This document shows positions 7,171 to 16,369 of a DNA stretch of 31,351 nt, piece after piece. The number at the start of each line of letters is the position of its first letter. Position 1 is the first letter of the stretch. The position numbers and the translations under genes were made by a program. This DNA comes from a virus (lineage: Duplodnaviria > Caudoviricetes), in the IMG/VR virus record IMGVR_UViG_3300025296_000078, positions 1 through 31,351 of that record. One strand, written 5' to 3'. The notes beneath the pieces were generated by a model. It was not told the origin of the DNA and searched no databases. It saw only the letters and a program-made list of their open reading frames with translations.

Positions 7171-8011
7171 GATACTTACCGTCTCTTTTGACGATTGGAT
7201 GGGGTTCTACCCAGAAAAGGTCGCTTTTTGCGTCTCTATAGACAATGGAGAAGCCTTGTTGCCAGTTGGGTCTGTCTAAATAACAGGGATTGATGTCACA
7301 AAGGCAGAAGTTTTCATGTGCAACGAGTATATCGTCGTATACTCGCTTGTAGTGAGTGCCACCTCTATGGGTATGAGCCTGGAGTAGAGATATTCCCTTC
7401 TCCTCAAGCAGCATTTTGGCTGTATAGCCACTATGTTTGGATACTTTGTTGAAATGGCCGATAAGCAGCTTACCCCATAGCCAACTGGACTCTCTAATCC
7501 CTGTATAGTGATGTTCGATATCCAGGGAGTCTAGTTCTAGTTGTTCAGCTAAGCTCATTCCCTTAAGACCTACGAATTCCCTGGCATGTGTATCTATATG
7601 AACATCCCAGCGGTACTCATGATTTCCAAAGATGTAGTGAATATCAGCATCTGGGAATCGCTTTCTAAGATCCCTCAGAAACTTTTTGCTCATCTGGATT
7701 TCCCTAGATAGTGTAGCTGTAGAGAGGAGGGATGCGTGTTTGACGAATTTACTTATTTCCCAGAAGTCCCCTAGATCACCGTTGATTACTACAACATGGG
7801 GATCTAGCATCTCACCTACCTTTAGGGTCAGTTCGACAGCCTTGGGATCATGGAAGGGGATATGAATATCGTTGAAGATCAGTGCTTTTCGTTGAATATG
7901 TAGCTTATCGAGATAATGACGAACTCCACCTCTGGATATCTCTAACTCAGAGGCAATCTTTCTTTGAGATAAACCTTTTTCATAAAGAGACTTAACTTTT
8001 TCTCGTATCAT
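7136..8011 (-). CDS. calcineurin-like metallophosphoesterase with N-terminal HTH
   Basis: DIH, GDLGD, GNHE, AHTH motifs; N-terminal LSQRKIASELEISRGGVRHYL HTH. Confidence 0.9.
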   Translation of the reverse strand: MIREKVKSLYEKGLSQRKIASELEISRGGVRHYLDKLHIQRKALIFNDIHIPFHDPKAVELTLKVGEMLDPHVVVINGDLGDFWEISKFVKHASLLSTATLSREIQMSKKFLRDLRKRFPDADIHYIFGNHEYRWDVHIDTHAREFVGLKGMSLAEQLELDSLDIEHHYTGIRESSWLWGKLLIGHFNKVSKHSGYTAKMLLEEKGISLLQAHTHRGGTHYKRVYDDILVAHENFCLCDINPCYLDRPNWQQGFSIVYRDAKSDLFWVEPHPIVKRDGKYRVFFNGKVIEV

Positions 8012-8322
8012 TTTCGATCAGCAGTACAGCCATACGCCATATAGACACATCTAGCGCAGATAGTCTTGGTTTGATACTCCCTAGAATGGAGTATAAAAGC
8101 TGCTTCGACCTGTCTATTGCATTTTTTGCATAGACCTAATGGTCCTCCACAGCTCTCACACTTAGTTAGGGTTGTATCTGTATGACCGCACCCAACTCCT
8201 ATAAGTTCATCGAGTGAAAACTCATTTCCACAAGACTCACAAGTTAGATTAAATGGATCGTCTACTTCTTCATTGATTTCATCAGATCCACACTCAGGGC
8301 ATTGTAATGATCCTTCATTCAT
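8008..8322 (-). CDS. multi Zn-ribbon protein
   Basis: CPEC, CESC, CESC, CKKC, CARC; start moved to ATG at 8322 after GGAGGG. Confidence 0.7.
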   Translation of the reverse strand: MNEGSLQCPECGSDEINEEVDDPFNLTCESCGNEFSLDELIGVGCGHTDTTLTKCESCGGPLGLCKKCNRQVEAAFILHSREYQTKTICARCVYMAYGCTADRK

Positions 8323-9133
8323 TCTCAACGCCCTCCAGATAAAGCCTCCTCTCCTCTCTTTCTTCACGAGATTCTTGTTCTTTTAGACAATCACTCTCAG
8401 TGTGCTTGGAATCTGGAACGAGAAAATGGAATAGTTGCTCATTGAAGAACTCGTAGACCCTGGGGATTGGGCTGAAATAACCAAGGTGTGTAACTGCAGA
8501 TCCCCAACCTACAACATCGACCCTGCTGGGTACACCAATGAAGTAATAGTTCCCATCTCTTTCAGCAAACATAGCCCCACCGCTATTACCGAATATGATC
8601 TGAGCTGAGGACATCCAGTAAATCTTGTAGTCAATCTCATCCCCTTGGTGGGTTATGATCCCCTCAGTGATGATGGGATCATGTAAGAGGGCACTACCGA
8701 CTGCAATAGTCTTGGTGCCGATGTTGATATCTTTGTGTTCTCCTTTTGGATAGAGATTAGCCGTGTATTTAGCCGGTTCCACCGTTCGCAGTTTGAGGAT
8801 AGCCATATCATGAGGGGTATCGTAGGCTACAATCTCTGCGGGGGTGCTATAGGTAACTGGAACAGATCCATGTGGGCTATTTTGGTAATCAAAAAAATCA
8901 ACTGTAACAAGTTGACGATATTCTTTCTTTCTATCGCGCCCAAGGCGACTGTCCCATTCTTTCTTGACAGTTATGGCACTATCTATAACGTGATGGCACG
9001 TTAAGACATAAGTAGAATAATGTGAATCAAACTTATTTGAATAGATAATGGTGCCAGAACCTCCTCCTTGCCCTGCTTTTACTCGAACTTGCGAGTACAG
9101 GACTTGTTCGTGAAGCTTCTGTACATTCTCCAT
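8315..9133 (-). CDS. trypsin-like serine protease
   Basis: Catalytic triad motifs LTCHHV, HDMAIL, FGNSGG. Confidence 0.9.
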   Translation of the reverse strand: MENVQKLHEQVLYSQVRVKAGQGGGSGTIIYSNKFDSHYSTYVLTCHHVIDSAITVKKEWDSRLGRDRKKEYRQLVTVDFFDYQNSPHGSVPVTYSTPAEIVAYDTPHDMAILKLRTVEPAKYTANLYPKGEHKDINIGTKTIAVGSALLHDPIITEGIITHQGDEIDYKIYWMSSAQIIFGNSGGAMFAERDGNYYFIGVPSRVDVVGWGSAVTHLGYFSPIPRVYEFFNEQLFHFLVPDSKHTESDCLKEQESREEREERRLYLEGVENE

Positions 9134-9531
9134 TAATTCTCCTTTAATTTTTTTGTTGACTTGTTTATTTGTTTTAGGTACTGTTCAATTAAACTCCACT
9201 CCTTAAGTACAATCCCGATTGAAGTCTTCAATTTATTTTCTAGTTTAATTATGTCAATGTCAATCGATTGGTCACTAGCATGAACAACCCCAGCAGCCTT
9301 CCTTTTTTTCCAAGACCAGTCATCAAGCAGCTTCTGGTAGTTAATCCAGGCTACAATGAACTGATTGTTATGACGTTCCAGCATCATCGCAATTGAGTGA
9401 TCGAGCATTTTTACATTGGATAGAACTTTGGGTGGAAGAACCGGATAGTCTGGAACTTGGCCCATGACAGGGATCATTATTAAGACCCCAATAATCATGC
9501 ACCTAATCACAGTAATTAACGATTTTAGCAT
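9133..9531 (-). CDS. hypothetical protein with N-terminal signal/TM segment
   Basis: MLKSLITVIRCMIIGVLIMIPVMG; TAATG coupling with the protease gene. Confidence 0.65.
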   Translation of the reverse strand: MLKSLITVIRCMIIGVLIMIPVMGQVPDYPVLPPKVLSNVKMLDHSIAMMLERHNNQFIVAWINYQKLLDDWSWKKRKAAGVVHASDQSIDIDIIKLENKLKTSIGIVLKEWSLIEQYLKQINKSTKKLKEN

Positions 9532-9538
9532 AATTAAA

Positions 9539-9567
9539 TTGAAATGAAAAATCGGCTATGCTACCAT
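9539..9567 (+). promoter_or_regulatory. sigma70-type promoter for pqqA-terS-terL
   Basis: TTGAAA-17 bp-TACCAT with extended -10 TG. Confidence 0.55.
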
Positions 9568-9690
9568 GACTCTGGACAAATTCATGAAACAGTGCTCCTT
9601 GTATTGTTATTCATGATTCTGGGGGAGCCTCAAAGTCTTCCTTTCTTGGTTCCCCCTTAAAATCAATGCAAAAGATATGGAGGTAATCTT

Positions 9691-9765
9691 ATGAAGTGGT
9701 CAAAACCTGCGTACACGGAAATGCGTTTGGGCTTTGAAGTAACGATGTATATACATACTCGGTAG
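9691..9765 (+). CDS. pqqA: pyrroloquinoline quinone precursor peptide PqqA
   Basis: Translates [24 protein letters not shown]; W-x-x-P leader and R-x-G-F-E-V-T-M-Y core with the E-x3-Y cross-link residues; GGAGGT RBS at 9679-9684. Confidence 0.93.
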   Translation: MKWSKPAYTEMRLGFEVTMYIHTR

Positions 9766-9768
9766 GCT

Positions 9769-10305
9769 ATGGGTAAACAACATAAAAAAATGGACCTCAA
9801 AAAAGAAGAGTGGTGTGAGGAGTATGTCTCAAACGGTCAACGTGCCAATGATGCTACCTTGATGGTCTATGAACCATCAAGCATAAAGCAGGCAAAAGAA
9901 AAGACGAGAATGATACTTCAGGACCAACAAGTTACTGCTTTTATGCGGGGCTTCCTATTTGCTAACAAAGCGACTCAACTTGCAGGGGGCGTTATTGTCA
10001 ATGGTCTTAAAGCTGAGAAGGTCATCCGTGATAGAGATGGTGTTGAAGTAGGCAGAGAACCTGACCATAATACCCGCTTTAAGTTCTTGGAGCCTGTAGA
10101 TAAGATACTCAATATCTATCCTAAAGAGGAAGATATTAAAAGCGAAGATGATTTGGTTATGGAAAGAGCTGAGGCTTATGCAAAGCTGAATCTAACTGAT
10201 GATGAAGCAGATTACATGATTCATCATAACGCACAGAAACCTACCCCAGAAGAACTGGAAGAATGGATTGATCGAGAAATCACAGTCGACATCATCGAAG
10301 AGTAA
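9769..10305 (+). CDS. terS: terminase small subunit (putative)
   Basis: N-terminal 'WCEEYVSNGQRANDATLMVY' HTH-like pattern, EPDHNTRFKFLE motif, directly upstream of terL. Confidence 0.7.
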   Translation: MGKQHKKMDLKKEEWCEEYVSNGQRANDATLMVYEPSSIKQAKEKTRMILQDQQVTAFMRGFLFANKATQLAGGVIVNGLKAEKVIRDRDGVEVGREPDHNTRFKFLEPVDKILNIYPKEEDIKSEDDLVMERAEAYAKLNLTDDEADYMIHHNAQKPTPEELEEWIDREITVDIIEE

Positions 10306-11992
10306 AGATATTAGGGCTTTGATGGCTATGAAGGCTCTCAAAGACCTCCAATATCACCTCGAAGGTCATTTCTATATCAAGGACAAAAAAGGTAAAGTTC
10401 GTCCCATCAAAGAATTGAGGCGATCTCAAAGGATGTTCCTTGCTCTAATCCACCACATTAAAGAGGTTTGGGCAGAGCAAGAGTTACTTGTTAGAATCCT
10501 GGTTCTCAAAAGTCGTAAAACGGGTATATCGACTATAGAGGCTTGCCGTCAACTTATAGAAGTTCTTCGATATGGATTGGCCCTGTCTAATAAACGAGAG
10601 CTTAAGTTCAAGAATCGAGAAGGCTACATTGAGGTCTTTACAGCTAATCAGATAGCTGCAACTCGTGGTCGAACACCTCAAATCGTTCATGGATCAGAAG
10701 TGGCTCACTGGGAGAAAGGATCTGATGCAGCCATCAGTTTGTTTCAAGCTGTCGCCAATGAGCTGAATACATCGGTCGTTATGGAAACAACCGCCAATGG
10801 GGACGATAGTCTATTCAAACCTCTTTGGGATGCTGCCAGTGATTGCTGTTCTATTATCTTTCATGATAATCCTGCCAAGCCTTTTGGATTTCATATTGAA
10901 CTGAATATCTCCGACCCCGATAACTGGAATGGCTTTTTTCCTTTGTTTATCAGTGCTATTGATGATGAGGATTGTCGGCTGGCTGTTACAGAGGAAGAAG
11001 AGCATCGAATTGGACAGACTCTAGATGAGTATGAATTGATGATAATGGATAAGTTCAATGCGCCTATTGAGTTCGTCAAATGGCTCAGAAAAGCATTGAG
11101 ACTCCAGTGTCAGGGTGATGTTAGAATCCGTAAACAAGAATATCCCATAACGCCCGAAGAGGCGTTTATAGTTAGTGGTGATCCTAGATTTGATATAGAA
11201 GCTCTGGATGCCATGCCTATTGAACCAGGGGTAACAGGTTATCTTAAACGTGATGATCGATGGGATCGTAAGATAACTTTCTGCGAAGATCGCTTTGAGA
11301 AGATGACTGTCTTCAAGAGTCCAGTTCGAGATCATCGTTATGTTATAGCCATCGATACAGCCGAAGGTAGGATGCCGGAAGGAGCCAAAGACCCTGATGA
11401 ATCAGTTGCACAAATATTGGATATTGATAATGGTCCGTCTGCTGAACAGGTTGGCATCATAGCTGGTCAGCTCTCTGAAGAGGATATGGTTGATCGAATC
11501 GCCCTTGCCGGTGAGTATTTTAATATGGCTTTCTTGGTACCAGAGTGGACAGGTGGACACGGTGAGCATCTGACAATCCAGCTCAGTAAAATTTATCCAG
11601 TTGACCGGATATATCATCGTATGGACCCGTTCCAAGAAAAGTCCCGTGGCTCCAGCCTTGGCTTGCAAGTTACGGTAGGTAACAGAAACCGCCTAATTGC
11701 CGACCTTGCAGAATCCATTGCCGAAGGTTCTATACGGATTCACGACAAGAGGACTATTCGCCAATGTCGCCACTTTGTATGGAATAGAAGAGGTCGGATT
11801 GAGGCTGCTGCCGGTCATCACGATGATAGGGTATTTGCTTTAATCGGCGCCATTCACGGATGGAAGCATTATCCTCGAATCCTTCGACCCTCAGACGGCA
11901 CCCTAGTTGGCCTTCAGGAAGAACAAAAAAGATGGCCTATTGAAGAGCATATTATGGATCACTCCATGCCTGATCCTGATAGTGGTTATTAG
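10268..11992 (+). CDS. terL: terminase large subunit (start could be ATG at 10322)
   Basis: Walker A-like LKSRKTGIST, Walker B RGRTPQIVHGSEVAHW, motif III ETTANG, nuclease IAIDTAEG and HHDDRVFA. Confidence 0.93.
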   Translation: MIEKSQSTSSKSKDIRALMAMKALKDLQYHLEGHFYIKDKKGKVRPIKELRRSQRMFLALIHHIKEVWAEQELLVRILVLKSRKTGISTIEACRQLIEVLRYGLALSNKRELKFKNREGYIEVFTANQIAATRGRTPQIVHGSEVAHWEKGSDAAISLFQAVANELNTSVVMETTANGDDSLFKPLWDAASDCCSIIFHDNPAKPFGFHIELNISDPDNWNGFFPLFISAIDDEDCRLAVTEEEEHRIGQTLDEYELMIMDKFNAPIEFVKWLRKALRLQCQGDVRIRKQEYPITPEEAFIVSGDPRFDIEALDAMPIEPGVTGYLKRDDRWDRKITFCEDRFEKMTVFKSPVRDHRYVIAIDTAEGRMPEGAKDPDESVAQILDIDNGPSAEQVGIIAGQLSEEDMVDRIALAGEYFNMAFLVPEWTGGHGEHLTIQLSKIYPVDRIYHRMDPFQEKSRGSSLGLQVTVGNRNRLIADLAESIAEGSIRIHDKRTIRQCRHFVWNRRGRIEAAAGHHDDRVFALIGAIHGWKHYPRILRPSDGTLVGLQEEQKRWPIEEHIMDHSMPDPDSGY

Positions 11993-11996
11993 AGTA

Positions 11997-12023
11997 GGGG
12001 GGGAGAGCCGTCAACTCCCCCCA
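11997..12023 (+). terminator. GC-rich hairpin after terL
   Basis: GGGGGGAG/CTCCCCCC stem right after the stop; weak U-tract. Confidence 0.45.
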
Positions 12024-12125
12024 TTCTGAGGTAAGGGGGAATGGGATTCTTATATATAAACCCCGCCTCCCCCATTGGGTGTGGACCTTCATAATTACAT
12101 AGTCAAATATATTAATTCAAGTAGC

Positions 12126-12154
12126 TTGACATTTATTGGTTAGAATGCCACAAT
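12126..12154 (+). promoter_or_regulatory. sigma70-type promoter upstream of portal
   Basis: TTGACA-17 bp-CACAAT with extended -10 TG. Confidence 0.65.
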
Positions 12155-12165
12155 CTGGATGGCTT

Positions 12166-14157
12166 ATGCCCAATAGGATTCCTGAGATACGTCTTTCTGA
12201 CGATCAACAACTTCAGCTTTCTCAAAAGCTTCATAAAATGGAGTTGGGTGCCAAAGACTACAAAGGTAATTATGATGAACTTCATGGCGAGTATATGGAT
12301 ATGTATCTTGCCAAATCTCGTCAAGAGGTTCGTACCTTTCCTTGGCAGAATGCCAATAACTTCTATGCTCCAGTGCTTCGTAGTAATGTAGACACCTATG
12401 GTGCTCAAATCTACGACGCTATGTTTGCAGAGATGCCTAGGGTTGTTGGGATTGAAGGATCAGATGCTGCTGATGCAGAATTGCTGTCCGTTTATTATTT
12501 TGATGTTCTTTGGAATGGACCTATTCTCAATCTTAGGCAGTTATCCAATGACTGGAATTTTGATACAAACTTAGATGGAACTGGGATTGTTAAAACTCGA
12601 TGGAATCGTGATATGCATCTTCATCGGTTCCAAGAGCTTCAGGAACGGGTGACAAGTAGACCGTCAGGTGAGGAATTAATTGGTCAATCTATTCCAGAGC
12701 AGACTATTGAGCTTGATTATGTAGAGTCTGCTAGAGTTGAAAGAGTTAACCTGCCTGTAGTTGAAACAGCTCCGGTTGTAAATGTTTATCCTGCCCCTGG
12801 AAGTTTGCCTTCTATGCAATGGCCGGAGTGTCCCTGGTTTTTTGAAGAGACTTATGTTGGTGAGGAGCAGATCCACAATATGGACAAACATGGTTTTGCC
12901 CATATGGATGAACTCAAGGAAACTCTGAGTGAAACTGAACCTTCTATTGCTCAAAGGAACCGTGATGAAGATGAGGACTTAGGTAGTTATCAATCTAAAA
13001 CAGCTAGAGTCCTACACTTCTTTATGCGGATTGCTCTTCCTGGTCAAGTAACATTAGTTGATGACGAGGAGAAACAGCAGTTCTTTATGAAGGATGAGGA
13101 TTACCCAGAAGAAGTTGTCATCACTTATCTTCCTGATCTTAAGGAAGAACATAGAATATCTAAGATAGTACCCTTAGCTCGAATCCGAGCTGACAATAAG
13201 CGTCCATATATAGACAATCGTTATAACCAAATACCCAGAAGTTGGTTTGGTCAAGGATTGGGAGCTAAACTCCGTAAGATTCAGAAGCAAACCAATGTAG
13301 CTTTTCGACAGATGGCTGATTTTGGAACTCTTCGTAATATGCCTTGGGGATTGTATAATCCTGCGGTTACTGGGATGTTAAAACCCAATGCATTGAGACC
13401 AGGAGCCATGATCCCTGTACAAGATCCAAGAGGCGTTTTCTTCCCTTCTTTTCACGGTGATCATGCCTTTCAAATTGCATGGCTTAACAGCTTACAGATG
13501 TGGCAAGAGAAAGATACATCTGTCACCGATTTCACCCAAGGGAGAGCACCCTCTGTTCCGAATGCACCTAGGACGGCCAGAGGGACTCTCGCGCTTCTTC
13601 AACAGAACCAGATTTCCTTCAGTTTTAGGACGGCTCTCTACGCAGAGCGTTATCGGGAGCTTTTCCAGCAGATTCATGAGCTTCATAAATACAATAGTCC
13701 CAATGAATTGGTCTTTAGAGTTCTTAATAAGCAGACTGGGGCATTTCAAACTCGCCGTTTAAATAGAAGTGCTTTCGAGCAAGAAGTCGATTTTCAGTTT
13801 GAACTCAATCCAAATAAAATGCAGGATCAGCAAAATAGAATGTCTATGGCAAATCTATTTGCTCAGTATCTACCGTTGATGGTTCAATTCCCTCCAGCCA
13901 GAGAGTTCTTTAAGAAGACGTATGAAAGTCTAGGTTTCAAAGATTTTGATCAACTACTCCCAATGGATCAACTGCAGCAGTTTTCTCAAGTTCAAGCTGC
14001 TCAAGTTGCTCAAGCAGAAGGTCAACCTGGAGGGGCACCTGGAGGAATGGCGCCACCTCCTCCACCGGTTGGCGCAGCACCTAATATAGCTGACTTTCAG
14101 CCTCAAGTTGAATCTCCTCAAATGGATGAAGATGAGGAAATGATTAGTCTAGCGTAG
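12166..14157 (+). CDS. portal protein
   Basis: ~660 aa after terL; FPWQNANN, DGTGIVK, WFGQGLG, RTARGTLAL motifs and Q/P-rich tail typical of P22/podovirus-like portals; start set at ATG 12166 downstream of promoter. Confidence 0.85.
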   Translation: MPNRIPEIRLSDDQQLQLSQKLHKMELGAKDYKGNYDELHGEYMDMYLAKSRQEVRTFPWQNANNFYAPVLRSNVDTYGAQIYDAMFAEMPRVVGIEGSDAADAELLSVYYFDVLWNGPILNLRQLSNDWNFDTNLDGTGIVKTRWNRDMHLHRFQELQERVTSRPSGEELIGQSIPEQTIELDYVESARVERVNLPVVETAPVVNVYPAPGSLPSMQWPECPWFFEETYVGEEQIHNMDKHGFAHMDELKETLSETEPSIAQRNRDEDEDLGSYQSKTARVLHFFMRIALPGQVTLVDDEEKQQFFMKDEDYPEEVVITYLPDLKEEHRISKIVPLARIRADNKRPYIDNRYNQIPRSWFGQGLGAKLRKIQKQTNVAFRQMADFGTLRNMPWGLYNPAVTGMLKPNALRPGAMIPVQDPRGVFFPSFHGDHAFQIAWLNSLQMWQEKDTSVTDFTQGRAPSVPNAPRTARGTLALLQQNQISFSFRTALYAERYRELFQQIHELHKYNSPNELVFRVLNKQTGAFQTRRLNRSAFEQEVDFQFELNPNKMQDQQNRMSMANLFAQYLPLMVQFPPAREFFKKTYESLGFKDFDQLLPMDQLQQFSQVQAAQVAQAEGQPGGAPGGMAPPPPPVGAAPNIADFQPQVESPQMDEDEEMISLA

Positions 14158-14165
14158 TTTTTACA

Positions 14166-14678
14166 ATGCCTAATACAAGTGGATTGTTACCCTGGTTGCT
14201 ACAGCAAGGGCAGCAACAACAACAACCAGTAGAGGATACGATTGTTCCAAGACAAAGTAGCGGGATGAGTGATCGGGTGACAGTTGGAGGTCGTACAGGA
14301 CGATTTAATTTTGATCTTCCACCTGAGTCAGATGATCGTACTCCTGGTTTGCGTCACGCATATATAGCTGATGATGGGGAACTATATTATTATCAGATAG
14401 AAAAAGCTAATTACGGTGGTAGATGGGACGACAGTGCGAATTTCGATGAAGATCTTGAGAACCTGAGAGGTATGTCGGAGAAGGTAAGACGTGTAAGACT
14501 AGGTGATATGTGGCCTAACGAAAACAAACTTATAAGTGCACTAATTGGGGCACTCGCTAAAAATATGTCGAATGATCAGATAAAGAAACAGCTTAAGCCC
14601 TTCAACACATATCGTCAGATATCAAACGTCGAGTATGATCCCCTAAAGGGTAACCCACTTGATGAACCTGTAAAATAA
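14166..14678 (+). CDS. hypothetical protein
   Basis: 170-aa ORF, TAATG coupling to the next gene. Confidence 0.65.
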   Translation: MPNTSGLLPWLLQQGQQQQQPVEDTIVPRQSSGMSDRVTVGGRTGRFNFDLPPESDDRTPGLRHAYIADDGELYYYQIEKANYGGRWDDSANFDEDLENLRGMSEKVRRVRLGDMWPNENKLISALIGALAKNMSNDQIKKQLKPFNTYRQISNVEYDPLKGNPLDEPVK

Positions 14679-15013
14679 TGGATAATCCGAAAATAGCATC
14701 ATTGTCAATGTCTCAAGCAGATATCTCAGAAGATGATGCTAAAGCTATGTATTCATTGATGAGTAGTGACGGTTGGAAAGTTCTTCAAAGGGTTTGGAAC
14801 GTACGGTTAGCTCAGTATGGTAGATTTTGTGTTTCATCCAAGGACGATCACCGATTTGCTCAAGGTTGTTATCAGGGTTTTGAACACGCAATGATGACAC
14901 CTGAGCAACTTATTAGTCAGTCAGAATCTGAAGAAGTACAGTATGAATCGGCTGCAGATCGCTTTGAAGCCAATCAACGATTGTATATGGAGTCTCACAG
15001 TGACTCCTATTAA
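14678..15013 (+). CDS. small head-region protein
   Basis: LMSSDGWKVL...HRFAQG pattern common to small genes between portal and scaffold. Confidence 0.6.
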   Translation: MDNPKIASLSMSQADISEDDAKAMYSLMSSDGWKVLQRVWNVRLAQYGRFCVSSKDDHRFAQGCYQGFEHAMMTPEQLISQSESEEVQYESAADRFEANQRLYMESHSDSY

Positions 15014-15117
15014 GTTCCCCAGCAATGGGGTTGATGAAGGAGCAGTCCCCGACTCGTTGGGAGTCGCTGGATTTATCTGCCCTCCAATGACAACTATGAG
15101 AAAGGAGATTTTCAATC

Positions 15118-16023
15118 ATGGATGATTCTACCTTAACTCCCCCATCTGTGGACCCTAATCAGGTAACTCCACAAGGGGACGAGGCTGGCTCCGAGGCTGG
15201 AAATTCTTCAGGGGACGCTTCTTCTCAAGAAAGACTGAAACAACAATTACAAGGATCAAGTAATGAGGCTCTTAGGCAGAAAACTCGTGCGGATGAACTG
15301 CAGTATCAACTGAATATGCTTCATCAGCAGCAAAATCAACGGGCTCAACAGGCTCAAGAAGCTCCAACAAAATCTGAAAGTGTTATCACCGATCAGGAGT
15401 ATGCTGATGCAATTCTTGCAAGTGATACAAACACAATGGGTGCCTATACAGCTCAGATTAAAAAGCAAGCTGCTGATGAGATTACAGCCAAGCAAGCAGT
15501 TGTCAATCGTCAGGGAGCAGAAGTTCAAGCAGCAGCAGCAGCACTTCAACAAGCTGGAGCACCTTTAGGTTCTAACTCTGGTCAGTATCAAGATGAGATT
15601 ATGGCTCGATATAATATGCTTCGAGCGGATCCAACTCGTTATCTTACACATAAATCAATTATGTACCAGAACCATGATCTTAATGCTATGACGGATGCAG
15701 TGAAGCAGATTGTTAGTGAAAAGAATCTTAATAAAAATCAAGCAGGAGATTCTTTTAGGTCTGCTGATACTAATTTTTCAGCGGTTCCTGGTACTCAAGG
15801 TGATTCTCAACCACCTGGACACACAGTTAAGTCTTTTAATGCTGAAGTTCATTTGAGTTCTGAAGAGAAAGCTGGAATGGATAAACAACGGTTAAGTTAT
15901 GAGTCTCTTTGGAATACGTTGGACCCACGTAATCGGGCAGCTCGATTAGCTCAAGGGCGATCTGTTTCTAATGTTGAGTTGGGAATAAAAGAGAAGGTGT
16001 TCTCAGCAACTCCCAAGTCTTGA
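15118..16023 (+). CDS. capsid scaffolding protein (putative)
   Basis: Acidic disordered N-terminus, Q/A-rich coiled coils, position before capsid genes, AAGGAG RBS. Confidence 0.7.
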   Translation: MDDSTLTPPSVDPNQVTPQGDEAGSEAGNSSGDASSQERLKQQLQGSSNEALRQKTRADELQYQLNMLHQQQNQRAQQAQEAPTKSESVITDQEYADAILASDTNTMGAYTAQIKKQAADEITAKQAVVNRQGAEVQAAAAALQQAGAPLGSNSGQYQDEIMARYNMLRADPTRYLTHKSIMYQNHDLNAMTDAVKQIVSEKNLNKNQAGDSFRSADTNFSAVPGTQGDSQPPGHTVKSFNAEVHLSSEEKAGMDKQRLSYESLWNTLDPRNRAARLAQGRSVSNVELGIKEKVFSATPKS

Positions 16024-16048
16024 CAATTTTACAGTGTTTCTCTAAACT
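16020..16048 (+). promoter_or_regulatory. internal sigma70-type promoter
   Basis: TTGACA-17 bp-TAAACT overlapping the scaffold stop codon. Confidence 0.7.
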
Positions 16049-16054
16049 ATCATT

Positions 16055-16306
16055 GTGAAGATCTATCGTAATCGGTCTGTTTCCAGTGCTGATAAAATAC
16101 ACCGGATTCGTTGTTCTGTTTGCGATACTCTGAATGATCCTCGGAAAAGACCATCGGGTGGCAGATTCTATGGTCTCAACGAGACTACGACGATCAACGG
16201 CAAAACTGTCTATCGTGTAAAAGAAGCCAGTAATGGTTGTATCTTTTGCCAATCCACTGCGTGGAGAACAGGCGGTAAAGCTGGAGATCTAAAGCCTCCT
16301 TGGTAG
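16055..16306 (+). CDS. small basic Zn-binding protein
   Basis: CSVC...CIFC; GTG start at the predicted transcription start. Confidence 0.65.
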   Translation: MKIYRNRSVSSADKIHRIRCSVCDTLNDPRKRPSGGRFYGLNETTTINGKTVYRVKEASNGCIFCQSTAWRTGGKAGDLKPPW

Positions 16307-16369
16307 GGGGCATTAACCGCTAACGCGGTTGGGGCAGTATAACTAAGGGCAGTTTTGTTTCGATGATCT

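Noticed and set aside
9621-9656. Riboswitch or tRNA in the pqqA leader
   Set aside because: Only a single GGGGGAGCC/GGTTCCCCC stem with a long loop; no cloverleaf or known aptamer motif recognised
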